From positions 480,001-544,000 of the forward strand of contig OZ250169.1 of the NCBI GenBank assembly GCA_965237955.1: a DNA stretch of 64,000 bases. Direction: 5' to 3'. Position 1 is the first letter of the stretch; every line of letters starts with the position of its first letter. Below the pieces are notes generated by a model that saw only the letters and a list, made by a program, of their open reading frames with translations, was not told where the DNA came from and made no database searches. Shown here one piece after another: positions 1 to 10,754 of the stretch. The stretch comes from Candidatus Marinacidobacterales bacterium. GTDB lineage: Bacteria; Acidobacteriota; Vicinamibacteria; Marinacidobacterales; SMYC01. Made by a program: the position numbers and the translations under genes.

Positions 1-62
1 GGCTCTGCTCACTTCTGGGCAAGGACGTTCCGAAGGTTGGGACACGACGTCGTCCTGCTCCC
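1..62 (+). pseudogene. IS110-family transposase fragment, cut by the element end at 61
   Basis: Frame 1 reads GSAHFWARTFRRLGHDVVLLP, typical of the IS110 DEDD N-terminal domain; it runs into the repeat CCCGTCCTGTGCC. Confidence 0.6.
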
Positions 63-1492
63 CGTCCTGTGCCAAAACTCGGCCCTTTTGAAATAGGCCA
101 TAAATCAGCAACTTAGTGTCTGTGTTTGCGACCGGGCCAAGGGCCGTGGGCTTTACAATCGTCTTGGGCGGGCGGGTCGTCACCATGCAGATGACCACCT
201 AGTCGAGAGCGAATATCGAAGCATGTTCCTGAAGCTGTTTCCACGCTACGCCGGTCGAGCCCGCCGAGGGGCTACCGTCGCCGGCGACCATCTACGCGGC
301 ACGGCAGTAGTAGTTGAGAATGCCCCCAAGTCGCTCTCGCGACACGATGAGGCCAGTGTCATTCGCGCTTGCCGGCAGAGGTGTGAGGAGCTCGTTGCCG
401 AGACCTTGGTGGTTCCGTTCTGTGTGATAGTGCACTACGTATTCGGTTACCGCTGTGCGCAGGTGTCGCTCACTGAGAGGTACGAAGCGGTCGAGACACT
501 CTCGACGTATGGAGAGAACGAATCTTTCCGCGTATGCGTTCAGATTCGGACTATTGGCGGGAAGGCGGAGGGGCTTCACGCCTGAATCTCTCAACAGCCC
601 ACGTACCGCCTCGGTGAATAGTGGGTCTCGGTCGTGGATGAGGTATCGCTTGCCAAGGAGGAAACCATCCCACATGTCAGTGAGGTTTCTTGCCACCTGC
701 TTCATCCACTCCCCGTTTGGGTCCGACGTTATCCCACCGATGCACACGCAGCGAGTGGCGATATCGATGACAAACAGGACATGGTAGCGGACGAGCCCGA
801 ACGGGTTCACAACCTCGACGGTGAACAGGTCTGTCGCAGCGATGGCGCCCCAATGAGCCTTGATGAAGGTGCTCCACGACATGCTCTTGACCCGCTCCGG
901 GGCAGGCGCGATACCTTGGTTGGCGAGGACCCTCTTGATGGTGTTGCGTCCGAGTTCATGTCCGAGGTTCTTGAGTACGCCCCGCAGGCGCGTATATCCC
1001 CACGTCGGGTTCTCCCGCGCCATGCGTACCATGAGCTCACGGATGTCCTTCGCCGTGGGAGGTCTGCCTGGGCTCCGGTTCTTGCTGCCATCGTACTTGG
1101 CTGCGATGAGGCAGCGGTACCAGCGTAGAAGCGTAGCGGGCGTGGCAACCGACGCAATCTGGGCCAGCGCCTCGCGGCCCAAAGCTTGGGCCTTGACCGC
1201 GAGCCTGCGCCGGTCGTCGTCCGAGAGACTGAGACGCTTGCCCCGAAGCCCGGCTCGGAGCACACGGTTCTCCTCTTGCTGGTAGTCGATCACATCCTGC
1301 TGCTGGCGGTTGACCCAGCCAGCTAGAACGAGCAGTAGGAATTGCACGTGGTACGTCATCATGGACCTGAAGATAACACCCTCGGGCCAGACGATTGTAA
1401 AGCCTACGGCCCTTGGCCCCGGCGCAAACACAGACACTAAGCTGCTGATTTATGGCCTATTTCAAGAGGGCCGAGTTTTGGCACAGGACGGG
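61..1492 (-). mobile_element. rve-integrase IS-like element (family A) with ~100-bp terminal inverted repeats
   Basis: 61-~163 (CCCGTCCTGTGCCAAAACTCGGCCC...ACAATCGTC) is the near-perfect reverse complement of ~1391-1492; it encloses a single transposase ORF. Confidence 0.85.
292..1362 (-). CDS. Integrase core domain (rve, DDE) transposase
   Basis: HTH block [14 protein letters not shown]; DDE motifs [20 protein letters not shown]; C-terminal RLGGILNYY. Start taken at MMTYHV (1362) because the longer ORF-track start lies inside the TIR. Confidence 0.9.
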   Translation of the reverse strand: MMTYHVQFLLLVLAGWVNRQQQDVIDYQQEENRVLRAGLRGKRLSLSDDDRRRLAVKAQALGREALAQIASVATPATLLRWYRCLIAAKYDGSKNRSPGRPPTAKDIRELMVRMARENPTWGYTRLRGVLKNLGHELGRNTIKRVLANQGIAPAPERVKSMSWSTFIKAHWGAIAATDLFTVEVVNPFGLVRYHVLFVIDIATRCVCIGGITSDPNGEWMKQVARNLTDMWDGFLLGKRYLIHDRDPLFTEAVRGLLRDSGVKPLRLPANSPNLNAYAERFVLSIRRECLDRFVPLSERHLRTAVTEYVVHYHTERNHQGLGNELLTPLPASANDTGLIVSRERLGGILNYYCRAA

Positions 1493-1701
1493 ATCGCGAA
1501 ACACTGACGCCGCGTGATCGCCGGGGCGCTAGTTCCCGCGAATGCTGCGATAACTGAAAAACGCGCGGATCAAATCGGAATATATGGGTTCCTGACAGGT
1601 GCGGGCGCACGTCGGCGAGTTCTGTGCTAGCCTATGCTGGCGCGGCGCCCACGAAGCAGGCTGGCTAGTTGTTGTCGGCGTCGCCCAACAAGGAGGTTTC
1701 G

Positions 1702-2583
1702 ATGACTCGACGACGTAGTTGGAACACGGTGTGCGCAATGTTGATGCCGACGTTGCTGGTCACCGCGGCGTGTGGCGACACCGACAGTCCCACCGGACCG
1801 AGCCAGAAGAGTCTCGGGTGGTCGTTCAACGGACTCCAGAATCTGGGTCCTGGGTTCGTCTACGAGGGCTGGATCCTGGTGAACGGCAATCCCGTCTCGA
1901 CGGGCACGTTCACCGTCGGTGACGATGGCAGCTTGAGTCAACGCAACTTTTCCGTCAATGAGGCCACGCTCTCGTCTGCGACGAAGTTCGTCCTGACCAT
2001 CGAGCCGTCGCCAGATTCCGACCCCGCGCCGTCGGCGACGAAGTATCTCGCTGGTGACTTCGCTGGAAACAATGCAGCGCTTTCTGTGGCGGACGCTACA
2101 GCGCTGGGCACCACCTTCGCTTCCGCGTCCGGGAGCTTCATCTTGGAATCACCCTCCACTGGTGTAACGCGTGACTACGCGTCCGGTATCTGGTGGCTCG
2201 ACCCTGCTGCTGGTCCGGGCGCGTCGCTGGTGTTGCCGGCGTTGCCGGCGGGCTGGATCTACGAGGGCTGGGTGGTCGGCCCCGAAGGCCCGGTGTCGAC
2301 GGGCCGATTCACTCAGGTGATGGGTGCCGACTCGGACGCGGGCGGACCGACGGCCGGTCGGAGAAGCACGCCGCCATTCCCAGGGCAGGACTTCATCATG
2401 CCACCGGTTTCGCTGATCGGCTATCAGGCCGTCGTGTCGATCGAACCAGATCCGGACGACAGTCCTGGACCCTTCACGTTGAAGCCGCTGGTGGACATGA
2501 ACATTCAAGACGTTGGGCCGGGCGTCCTCCAGCGCATGGCCAACATGGCGACCGGCTTCCCAACAGGGACCGCTACCCGCTGA
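1702..2583 (+). CDS. Lipoprotein with duplicated YEGW domain (often annotated anti-sigma/RskA-like)
   Basis: RBS AGGAGG at 1691-1696; signal peptide with lipobox TAAC; two internal repeats YEGW..V.G.PVSTG.F and TIEP.PD. Confidence 0.75.
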   Translation: MTRRRSWNTVCAMLMPTLLVTAACGDTDSPTGPSQKSLGWSFNGLQNLGPGFVYEGWILVNGNPVSTGTFTVGDDGSLSQRNFSVNEATLSSATKFVLTIEPSPDSDPAPSATKYLAGDFAGNNAALSVADATALGTTFASASGSFILESPSTGVTRDYASGIWWLDPAAGPGASLVLPALPAGWIYEGWVVGPEGPVSTGRFTQVMGADSDAGGPTAGRRSTPPFPGQDFIMPPVSLIGYQAVVSIEPDPDDSPGPFTLKPLVDMNIQDVGPGVLQRMANMATGFPTGTATR

Positions 2584-2764
2584 TCTGCGTGTTGCGCGCC
2601 GGACGTCAATCCGAGGCTGGCTCACCCACAAGGAAGTTAGACTGAACGCAAGGAGCTTCAGGATCAAGTCGAAGGAATTCAAGAGAGGATTGGACAACTC
2701 GATGACGTCAGTCGGCTCCTCTGGCAGACGCGCGAACGACCGCGGCTCCTCGCTGTCGCGTTAG

Positions 2765-2961
2765 GCGCTCTGGAAAGTTCTCGATGCGCCGCCCGTTATC
2801 AGGGACAAGAGCTACGCCGGCCCGATAGGTCCCGTCTTCCCAGTACCGCCTGAACTCGAAGAACGGAGCCACGTCGGCCTCGACTTGATACGTGTTCTCC
2901 CGGATCGTGAATGCCTTATTCCCGCGCCTGACGGCGGCCTGACCGAAGTGCGCTACCAGCG
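2765..2961 (-). pseudogene. Internal fragment of a CdnE-like CD-NTase (CBASS nucleotidyltransferase)
   Basis: ALVAHFGQAAVRRGNKAFTIRENTYQVEADVAPFFEFRRY...GVALVPDNGRRIENFP fits the CdnE-clade pattern; cut by the element end at 2962. Confidence 0.65.
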
Positions 2962-3039
2962 CCCGTCGTGTCCAAAAATACAAACGAACTCAAGACCTGC
3001 ATCAGCCGAAGTCAGTCAAAGAGGAATGTCTCTCGAAGC

Positions 3040-3257
3040 TCATCCTGTTCGGCGAGAAGTCGCTCCGTCATGCGCTTAGGGAGTACGTCGTCTACCATCA
3101 CCACGTGAGGAATCATCAAGGCAACGAGAATCTGCTGCTGTTCCCAGCCAGCGACCCGTTACATCAGTCCGAGCGCAAGGTGCGCTCCCGTCAACGGCTT
3201 GGCGGGTTGCTCCGTTTCTACCATCGGGAAGCCGCATGAGTATTTTGACCTCACGGG
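3040..3257 (+). pseudogene. rve transposase 3' remnant with its own end (TTTTGACCTCACGGG)
   Basis: ILFGEKSLRHALREYVVYHH..RNHQG...RQRLGGLLRFYHREAA*; partial copy at 13537-13650. Confidence 0.75.
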
Positions 3258-3327
3258 GACTCTTTTGACCGGAGGGGCACACAACCATTCGTGTCCTCGA
3301 ATGGAACCGCTCACGTTCTGCTCGTGA

Positions 3328-3504
3328 CATTTCCCTGTTCGCTCATCTCAATTCCCTGTTCGCCTATTTCAAATTCCCTGTTAGGTCATCTTAAATTCCC
3401 TGTTTTTTGGGAACAGGGAATTGCCATCTAACCATTTGAAATACAGATGGTTACCACGTGAAAAAACGGCCCGATCAGCCTCAAAATGGCCCAAATTCCC
3501 TGTT
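3328..3504. repeat. AATTCCCTGTT motif array, 22-bp periodicity, plus an inverted copy
   Basis: Copies at ~3328 (one mismatch), 3350, 3372, 3394, inverted AACAGGGAATT at 3412, further copy at 3494; also near 44529 and 50262. Confidence 0.85.
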
Positions 3505-4070
3505 ATTCATGGTTTCCAGCCGAGACCGGATAGCTCCAAACTGCCTCATCCGCCACCCAGTCCGGCCAATTGTGGCACTGCAGAGACGGGTGAGATTTTC
3601 CGCGCCGTTGGCGGGGTTTTCCAGGATCAGGTGCCACCAGAGACGCGCTAGAAGGCCTGAACAGGCCTCATTTTCGGTATGGGTCTCTAATCTCGATTTT
3701 CGAGTGCCACGTTTGCGCCAAATTGGGGAGAGGGCGCTGACCGGGCCATGCGGGTGGCGGGAAAAGAGGCCGCCCGAGAGGCTCAGAATCGAGGCCGGGG
3801 CTACTGCCGCGTAGCTGGCCTAGCACGTTCTGGTCCAGGTGTGGCCCTGGCCTCCTTAATGTCCATCTTTGCCCAGGACCTGGATCCAGGTCTTCGCCCA
3901 GGGAGCGTAGCATCCCGTTGCTGGACGGTGTTTTCCCTGCGCGTGCGGAGAACCCGAATCGCCGACATCGCCTCCGACACGCTCCTGATCTGGGGTTCGC
4001 CACAGGGTGATGACGATCGAAACGGCCCGGCGCGCCAGTCTTGAGTTCGTTTGTGTTTTTGGACAGGACG
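3490..4070. repeat. Long dispersed non-coding repeat R with tRNA-3'-end-like att motif (...CATCCGCCACCCAGTC)
   Basis: Close copy at ~50260-50810; partial copies at ~41120-41390, 44520-44563, 45170-45490, 63825-63865. Confidence 0.8.
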
Positions 4071-4479
4071 CGGTCCTTGGTGGGCTCCATCACGATTACT
4101 GGTTGTCACGCGTCGCCTGACTGACCCAGCTTCTCGCGAGGAACAACGCGTTCTTTCTCAAGCACGTTATTGCGTCGGTGGCCCGGCAGCGACAGAGTGC
4201 AGAACCTCCACCGAGGCGAAGACGAGTTCGCAGGACCTCAATTCCCATGGTTGTCTGCCCGTCAATACGCGATCTTCTTTTTTGCGGATCACACGCCGCC
4301 TGATCTGATACTCTGATGATAGAGTGGGGGGTGCTGTTCTTTTTCCACGGACCTCGGGACACATCCACTATGTGAAGGAGCAAGCTGTCGGTGAGCTATA
4401 CGTTGTCAGAGCAACTCGGCCAGACTACCTGAATTTCCGAGCGTCCTGCGGCCAGAAGAACAAGAATAAGAGACGAAGC

Positions 4480-6315
4480 ATGGCTCGTATCGAAAACTAT
4501 AAGTACAGCATCGACGAAGCATTCAGGGAGTGCTTCTACATCGTACCGGACTACCAGCGCGAATACGTCTGGACCGACAAGGAAGTGCACCAGATTCTTG
4601 ACGATATCAACGAGCAACTCGATGCTGGTACTACGAGGGAGTACTTCGTCGGCACCGTCCTAGTGTCGTCAACCGACAAGAAGAACCACTACGAGGTGAT
4701 TGATGGGCAACAGCGTCTGACCACCTTTTTCTTGCTGCTTTGCGCACTGAAGCATCGGTTTCGGGGCGAGCGCCAGCGGGAGACAATCAGCGGCTTGCTC
4801 TCGACGAGTTACACAGACAACGATGGCGAGACGCGAACCAGCCTGAAATTGGAACTGCGTTACGAGAATGCAGGTGAGGTCATAACCGAGCTGGTGGCGC
4901 TCGATGACGGCCCGCTTGCCGTCCGTGCCGGCATTCAGGCTGCAGGTATCGCTAGCTTCGGCTCATTGGAAAACCTGATCAACGCCTATGGCACGCTTTA
5001 CCGCTACTTGGAGGACAACTACGACGACGTGGCCAAGCTGAAGAAGTATTGGGGCTATCTCGCGAACAACGTGGTGTTGATCCAAATTTCGACAGACGTG
5101 AGTAGCGCGCTAAAGATCTTCGAGACCATCAACGAGCGTGGTGTGGGTCTCAACCCAATGGATCTGCTGAAAAATCTCCTGTTCACGCACGTCGAACAGA
5201 CACGGTTCACCCAGCTCAAGGACGAGTGGAAAAAGATCACCAAGCCGCTGGAGAAAGAAAAGGAGAAGCCGCTACGGTTTTTGCGCTATTTCTTGATGGC
5301 AAACTACGTCATCAAGAACAGCCGTGGTGATGCCGTGGTGCGGGAGGACGAGATCTACGACTGGTTTGTGGCCAAGGACAACGCTGCGCTGTGTGACTAT
5401 GCCAATAAGCCGTTCGAGTTCGTGAGGAAAGTTATTCGCAACGCCGAGCATTATCTGGCGTTCGCCAAGGGGCTTGGCAACGACAGTACGGCCAATGTTG
5501 CGATGGAGAGCCTTAAGCGACTGACAGGTGGTGCATTCAGTTTGCACTACGTTTTGCTGTTGGCTACAGCGAATTTCCCGAAGCCATTGTTCAACTACTT
5601 TGTGACGCAGCTCGAATGTTTCCTTTTCTACTATATTTTCACCAAGACGCCGACACGAGACATCGAGCGAAGCTTTTCCCGATGGGCGGACGACTTGCGC
5701 ACGATCGGCGAGCTCACTGACCTGGGGATGCAGGAGAGGCAGCTCAACGCGTTTGTTGCGGGCCATTTCGAGGAGAACATGGCTGGTAAATCACAGGAGT
5801 TGACGGACTCGCTGAAGCGCTACACGCGGTACTCGATGCAACAATACCGGACGCGCTACTTGCTGGCACGGCTTACGCAGTACGTTGATATGGCGTTCAT
5901 AGGGATAAAAACGGCGGGGACGCTTGAACCCTATATGAGACTGGAAATAGAGCATATTCTTCCGAATAACCCCACACCGAGTCTCAGAGCCAACTGGGTA
6001 GCGGAGCATCCGAATGCTGACTACGACGGCTACAAGGACCGGTTGGGTAACCTGACCTTACTAGAAAAGCCGATCAACATTGTTGCTAGTAACGATTTCT
6101 ACGCTGATAAACAGGATGAGTACCACAAGAGCGGAAACTACTTGACACGTAGCCTGGTCAAATGTGACGACGTGGGACGGAACACATCCATCTCCAGGAT
6201 CAACGAGAAATTGAAGGCGTTTTCTGCCTGGAACGTCGGTTCGATCGAGGAACGGCACGAAATGCTGATTGCGTTGGCGCGTGACGTTTGGAAGACGACG
6301 CCGATGGATGAATGA
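4480..6315 (+). CDS. DUF262/DUF1524 GmrSD-like (type IV) restriction endonuclease
   Basis: VPDYQREYVW, IDGQQRLTT, IFETINERG (DUF262) and IEHILP...RLGNLTLL...N (DUF1524 HNH). Start at MARIENY. Confidence 0.9.
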   Translation: MARIENYKYSIDEAFRECFYIVPDYQREYVWTDKEVHQILDDINEQLDAGTTREYFVGTVLVSSTDKKNHYEVIDGQQRLTTFFLLLCALKHRFRGERQRETISGLLSTSYTDNDGETRTSLKLELRYENAGEVITELVALDDGPLAVRAGIQAAGIASFGSLENLINAYGTLYRYLEDNYDDVAKLKKYWGYLANNVVLIQISTDVSSALKIFETINERGVGLNPMDLLKNLLFTHVEQTRFTQLKDEWKKITKPLEKEKEKPLRFLRYFLMANYVIKNSRGDAVVREDEIYDWFVAKDNAALCDYANKPFEFVRKVIRNAEHYLAFAKGLGNDSTANVAMESLKRLTGGAFSLHYVLLLATANFPKPLFNYFVTQLECFLFYYIFTKTPTRDIERSFSRWADDLRTIGELTDLGMQERQLNAFVAGHFEENMAGKSQELTDSLKRYTRYSMQQYRTRYLLARLTQYVDMAFIGIKTAGTLEPYMRLEIEHILPNNPTPSLRANWVAEHPNADYDGYKDRLGNLTLLEKPINIVASNDFYADKQDEYHKSGNYLTRSLVKCDDVGRNTSISRINEKLKAFSAWNVGSIEERHEMLIALARDVWKTTPMDE

Positions 6316-6348
6316 TTCTGTCGTTTCAGAAGAAAAGACGGAATCGCG

Positions 6349-6453
6349 GTAGGGTCGAGGGCTGGCGCGGTGCTCCGTAGGCGCGGCCTATCTGTTTCTC
6401 CCCGTTTCCTATGGGAGTGCCTCACTAGCCGCACCGTAAGTCCGTTTCCAGCC
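6349..6453 (-). ncRNA. Group II intron 3'-end (domain VI) remnant
   Basis: Minus strand ends ...GCGCCAGCCCTCGACCCTAC, a typical group II intron terminus; second copy at 15643-15717; no domain V or RT ORF. Confidence 0.5.
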
Positions 6454-6459
6454 TGTGCT

Positions 6460-6650
6460 CCACAAAAAGTCGATCCAGCGTTGATTGCGCGGTTTAGACC
6501 AAAGTCATCGTTGCCAAGGGCAAGAAAGTCCAAAGCTTTCCCGGCGGGAAGGCGTCCAAGGAAATCGTGGACGCGCTTGTAGGGCCAACGGGAAACCTGC
6601 GCGCCCCCACGGTGCGTGCCCAGGCAGTGGTGTTTGTCGAGCAACGATAA
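6460..6650 (+). pseudogene. ArsC-family protein C-terminal remnant
   Basis: KVIVAKGKKVQSF...EIVDALVGPTGNLRAPTVR in one frame, upstream stops. Confidence 0.45.
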
Positions 6651-7049
6651 GATGGTTTTGCGCTGGTCTGCGTGATGTCGAGAGGCCGGTCTACTCCCAT
6701 GTTTCTCCGCTCATGGTCTGGTAGAGGCCGATGGCATCGACGATGAAGTCCTGCGTCAAGCCCCAGGCAGGCTTGCGCCTTCTCGCCGTCGTAATCATGG
6801 GCTCTGAAACGGCCCGCTCGGGCCAGCCACACTTTATTCGACCAACGGGTAGTTTCGCCTGAGAAGCCATCGCTTGAGGACCGTATTTTCCACAAAATCT
6901 AATCCGAGATGCTTCGATAAAGTTCAATGAGGGCCGGGACTTGCGCGGATCTGGCATCCCGAGCCCGAGTTCTCCACAGCGATTTCCACATGGGGCGTGG
7001 AAGGGTCTTATTCTGAAGGATTTATGGCTTTCCATCGGTCGGAGGTAGT

Positions 7050-7243
7050 CTCTCGACTAGGTGGTCATCTGCATGGTGACGACCCGCCCGCAGGTAGTCG
7101 ATCACATCCTGCTCCTGGCGGTTGAGTCAGCCAGCCAGAACGAGGAGTAGGAATTGCACGCCCTTGGCCCGGGCGCAAACACAGACACTAAGCTGCTGAT
7201 TTGTTGTCTATTTCAAAAGGGCCGAATTTTGGCACAGGACGGG
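7050..7243 (-). mobile_element. Deleted, chimeric family-A element end
   Basis: 7050-7090 is the reverse complement of ~170-209; then a piece matching ~1280-1350; then TIR ending GGCACAGGACGGG. Confidence 0.8.
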
Positions 7244-7487
7244 GAGCCGATCTCAGAAATGGCCGATGCGGGTATCGTCCTGTTGCGGCCCTTTCTGCGG
7301 CGGGTCGATTTGTTCACCGGAACGAAGCGTCGAATAGAGCGGCACCGTGATCGCTTATAATGCTCTGGTTTTGTCATCTTCACCCTTGAGCAATTAGGGA
7401 TACGGGCAGAAAGCTATGATTCTTCTCCAACCCCAAACGACGAAGTAGGCGACTTCCTGAGCGGTTCATGACTGTCTCATATATGGG

Positions 7488-7748
7488 GTGGACCCGAGGT
7501 TGCGAAAGCGCGTCCTCGTTATGCGCCATCGGCCGCATAAGCCCGCGCGGCGCGAGGTATTGCCGTGGCTGGCTTCCGAAAACTCTACGCTATTCAATGC
7601 TTATCAACAAACTCAGGGAAAGCAGGCACAGCAAGCACTGGCACGGGCTAAAGATCTTACATCCTTCGTCGGCCAAGACTCTGGCGCGGCATTGTTTGTT
7701 GGCCTCTAGAGAGCAGCAAGAGCTTACGCATTCCGGGGGCGCGCCGGT
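7488..7748 (+). pseudogene. GIY-YIG-family nuclease N-terminal remnant
   Basis: VLVMRHRP...VLPWLASE..LFNAYQQTQG...SFVG..G.ALFVGL followed by a premature TAG. Confidence 0.5.
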
Positions 7749-10700
7749 ATGAGCCAAGTTATCATCGAGAACCCGATCATCAACTCGCCTTTCGACGAGC
7801 CGACTCGCCATTTCAAGTTTACCGACGAGGGCATCACCGACGACATCGTCGACGGCCGCCGGAGCAGTTCGTATTTCGTACCCATCGCCAGGCCAAAGAA
7901 GAAGGGGTCCAAACAGCTTCAGTTCGACACGGAATGGACGCAGGACCGCATCGAAGAAAACAAGCTCGTCAACGATATCCGTCGCCGCGTCGAATTGTGG
8001 CGCAAGGGCGGCTACGTTGGCGTGACGCCGACTACCGCACGTTTGATTGCCTACTGGACCGATCCCAACCGCGAGAAGAAACTATTCTTCTGCCAGAACG
8101 AAGCCCTTGAAACCGCCATCTACATTGCCGAGGTGGCAAAGAAATACGGCGATGCATGGATAGAGAACGCGATACGCGAGGGAAACGACACATCGAACCC
8201 CGGACTGCCGCGCACGGCGTTCAAGATGGCAACCGGCTCAGGCAAGACCGTCGTCATGGCCATGCTCATCGCCTGGCACACTCTCAACAAGCGCGCCAAC
8301 CCGCAGGATGCCCGCTTCTCCGACACCTTTCTGATCGTCACGCCTGGCATCACCATCCGTGACCGGCTGCGCGTGCTGTTGCCGAACGACCCGGACAACT
8401 ACTATCGCCAGCGCGATATCGTACCGGCCCAACTGCAGGACCAGCTCGGACAAGCCAAAATCATCATCACCAACTACCACGCCTTCCAACTGCGCGAGAG
8501 AGTCTCCGCAGGCAAGATCACGAAGTCGATTCTCACCGATGGGCAGCCAAGCCCGTTCACCGAAACTCCCGACCAGATGGTGCGACGTGTCTGTCGCGAG
8601 TTGAGAGCCAAGAAGAGCATCATCGTCCTTAACGACGAAGCCCATCACTGCTACCGCCGCAAGCCCGACAGCGAGAATGAAAAACTCACCGGCGATGATC
8701 GCGTTGAAGCCAAGCAACGCGACCAAGAGGCTCGCGTCTGGATTTCCGGCCTAGAGGCCGTGAAGGCCAAGATCGGAGTGAAGGCCATTTACGATCTTTC
8801 AGCCACGCCGTTTTTTCTTCGCGGTTCGGGCTATCCCGAAGGCACACTTTTCCCTTGGGTGGTCTCGGATTTTTCGCTGATTGACGCCATCGAGGCCGGC
8901 ATCGTCAAAGTGCCCCGCGTGCCGGTGGCTGATGACTCGATGACAGGCGCGCAGCCCACCTACCGCGACCTGTGGCTCCGCATCCGCGAGCATCTACCAA
9001 AAAAGGGTCGCAAAACCCATAAGGTGGGGGGCGAACCAAAGCTTCCTGTCGAACTGCAAGGTGCGCTGCTCAGTCTCTACGGCAACTACGAGAAGTATTA
9101 CCGCCTGTGGGAGAAGAATACCGAGGCGCGCGCACGCGGTATCACGCCGCCGGTGTTCATCGTCGTCTGCAACAACACCAACGTCTCCAAGTTGGTCTTC
9201 GACTTTATTGCCGGATGGGAAAAGCAGATCGGCGAAGAGACCATCGTCCAGGCCGGGCAACTGCCCATCTTCCGCAACGACGACGGCAAAGGCGCCTGGC
9301 TACAGCGTCCGAACAGCGTCCTGGTGGACAGCCAGCAACTCGAATCCGGCGAATCAATGAGCAACGAATTCAAGAAGATCGCCGCCCGAGAAATCGAAGA
9401 ATTCAAGGCTGCATACCGATCACGCTTCCCGGGCCGGGATGTGGAAAATCTTACCGACGAAGACTTGCTCCGTGAGGTCATGAACACCGTGGGCAAGGCC
9501 GGCAAACTTGGCGAACACGTCAAGTGCGTGGTCAGCGTCTCCATGCTTACCGAGGGTTGGGATGCCAACACGGTCACCCATGTGCTGGGCGTGCGCGCCT
9601 TCGGAACGCAATTGCTATGCGAGCAGGTGGTCGGCCGCGGCCTGCGTCGGATGAGTTATGCCGCCGATGCGAAGGGACATTTCAGCCCTGAATACGCCGA
9701 AGTTTATGGTGTGCCGTTTTCTTTCATCCCGTGCAGCGGCGCAACCACAGATCCCAAACCCGGTCCCCTGCCCACTCGCGTTCGCGCCCTTGAAAGCCGC
9801 ATCGACTATGAGATTACCTTTCCCCGATTGCTCGGCTACCGCTACGACCTGGCCGATGAACCGTTGACCGCAAAGTTCACCGATGAATCCAGACTCGCCC
9901 TTTCCACTGCCGATATCCCGACCAAGACCGAGAACGCGCCCATCGTCGGCGAATCCAGCGTCCACACCCTCGACGATCTCAAATGCCGCCGGCCCAACGA
10001 AGTCGCCTTCCTTCTCGCCAAGCTCACGCTTGAAAAATACTTCCGCGACAACGACGGCAACGACAAGCCTTGGCTCTTCCCGCAATTGCTCGGCATTGCC
10101 AAACGCTGGCTCAATGAATGCGTCGCGCTCAAGGACAACACCTTTCCGCAACTGCTGCTGCTGATCGAGTTCGCGCACGACGCAGTGGACCGTATCTACA
10201 AGGCCATCGTAGCCTCGACGGACTCTACGGCTGCGCTCAAGCCCATCCTCCACCCGTATGATACTAGCGGCTCCACTCGTTATGTAGATTTCGATACAAC
10301 GCGGCCGGTCTTCGCGACCCGCGCCGACAAGTGCCACATCTCCCACGTCGTTGCCGATACCGACTCGTGGGAGCAGAAAATGGCCGAAGCCCTGGAAAAC
10401 ATGCCCGAGATCATCCGGTACGTCAAGAATCACAACCTCGGATTCACCATCCCCTACACGTTAAACGGCGAGGAAAGGAACTACATCCCCGACTTCATCA
10501 CCTGCATCGACGACGGTCGCGGCCCGGATGACCTCTTGAACCTGATCGTCGAAGTGACCGGCGAAAGGAAAAAAGACAAGGCAGCCAAGGTCACCACGGC
10601 GCGCGCATTGTGGGTTCCGGCTATCAACAATCACAGCGGTTTCGGTCGCTGGACGTTTATCGAAGTCGCCGACCCTTGGGATGCACAGAACCTCATCCGC

Positions 10701-10754
10701 GGCTTTCTGAGACAGCTACACGTAGAGCCAACAAAGGAAGTCGCACATGGCTAA
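7749..10754 (+). CDS. res: Type III restriction enzyme Res subunit (BPTD_3080-like)
   Basis: KMATGSGKT, NDEAHH, LSATP, MLTEGWD, EQVVGRGLRR helicase motifs; C-terminal YIPDF...IVEVTG nuclease. Confidence 0.92.
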   Translation: MSQVIIENPIINSPFDEPTRHFKFTDEGITDDIVDGRRSSSYFVPIARPKKKGSKQLQFDTEWTQDRIEENKLVNDIRRRVELWRKGGYVGVTPTTARLIAYWTDPNREKKLFFCQNEALETAIYIAEVAKKYGDAWIENAIREGNDTSNPGLPRTAFKMATGSGKTVVMAMLIAWHTLNKRANPQDARFSDTFLIVTPGITIRDRLRVLLPNDPDNYYRQRDIVPAQLQDQLGQAKIIITNYHAFQLRERVSAGKITKSILTDGQPSPFTETPDQMVRRVCRELRAKKSIIVLNDEAHHCYRRKPDSENEKLTGDDRVEAKQRDQEARVWISGLEAVKAKIGVKAIYDLSATPFFLRGSGYPEGTLFPWVVSDFSLIDAIEAGIVKVPRVPVADDSMTGAQPTYRDLWLRIREHLPKKGRKTHKVGGEPKLPVELQGALLSLYGNYEKYYRLWEKNTEARARGITPPVFIVVCNNTNVSKLVFDFIAGWEKQIGEETIVQAGQLPIFRNDDGKGAWLQRPNSVLVDSQQLESGESMSNEFKKIAAREIEEFKAAYRSRFPGRDVENLTDEDLLREVMNTVGKAGKLGEHVKCVVSVSMLTEGWDANTVTHVLGVRAFGTQLLCEQVVGRGLRRMSYAADAKGHFSPEYAEVYGVPFSFIPCSGATTDPKPGPLPTRVRALESRIDYEITFPRLLGYRYDLADEPLTAKFTDESRLALSTADIPTKTENAPIVGESSVHTLDDLKCRRPNEVAFLLAKLTLEKYFRDNDGNDKPWLFPQLLGIAKRWLNECVALKDNTFPQLLLLIEFAHDAVDRIYKAIVASTDSTAALKPILHPYDTSGSTRYVDFDTTRPVFATRADKCHISHVVADTDSWEQKMAEALENMPEIIRYVKNHNLGFTIPYTLNGEERNYIPDFITCIDDGRGPDDLLNLIVEVTGERKKDKAAKVTTARALWVPAINNHSGFGRWTFIEVADPWDAQNLIRGFLRQLHVEPTKEVAHG

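Larger units (their letters stand above)
2962..4070. mobile_element. Non-autonomous composite bounded by family-B ends (CCCGTCGTGTCCAAAAA..AAACGAACTCAAGAC)
   Basis: B end at 2962 (+) and inverted B end finishing at 4070; contains an rve 3' remnant and the long att-like repeat. Confidence 0.6.

Noticed and set aside
3520-3560. Possible tRNA gene at the ...TCCGCCA motif
   Set aside because: No canonical T-loop or cloverleaf; treated as an att-like remnant only.
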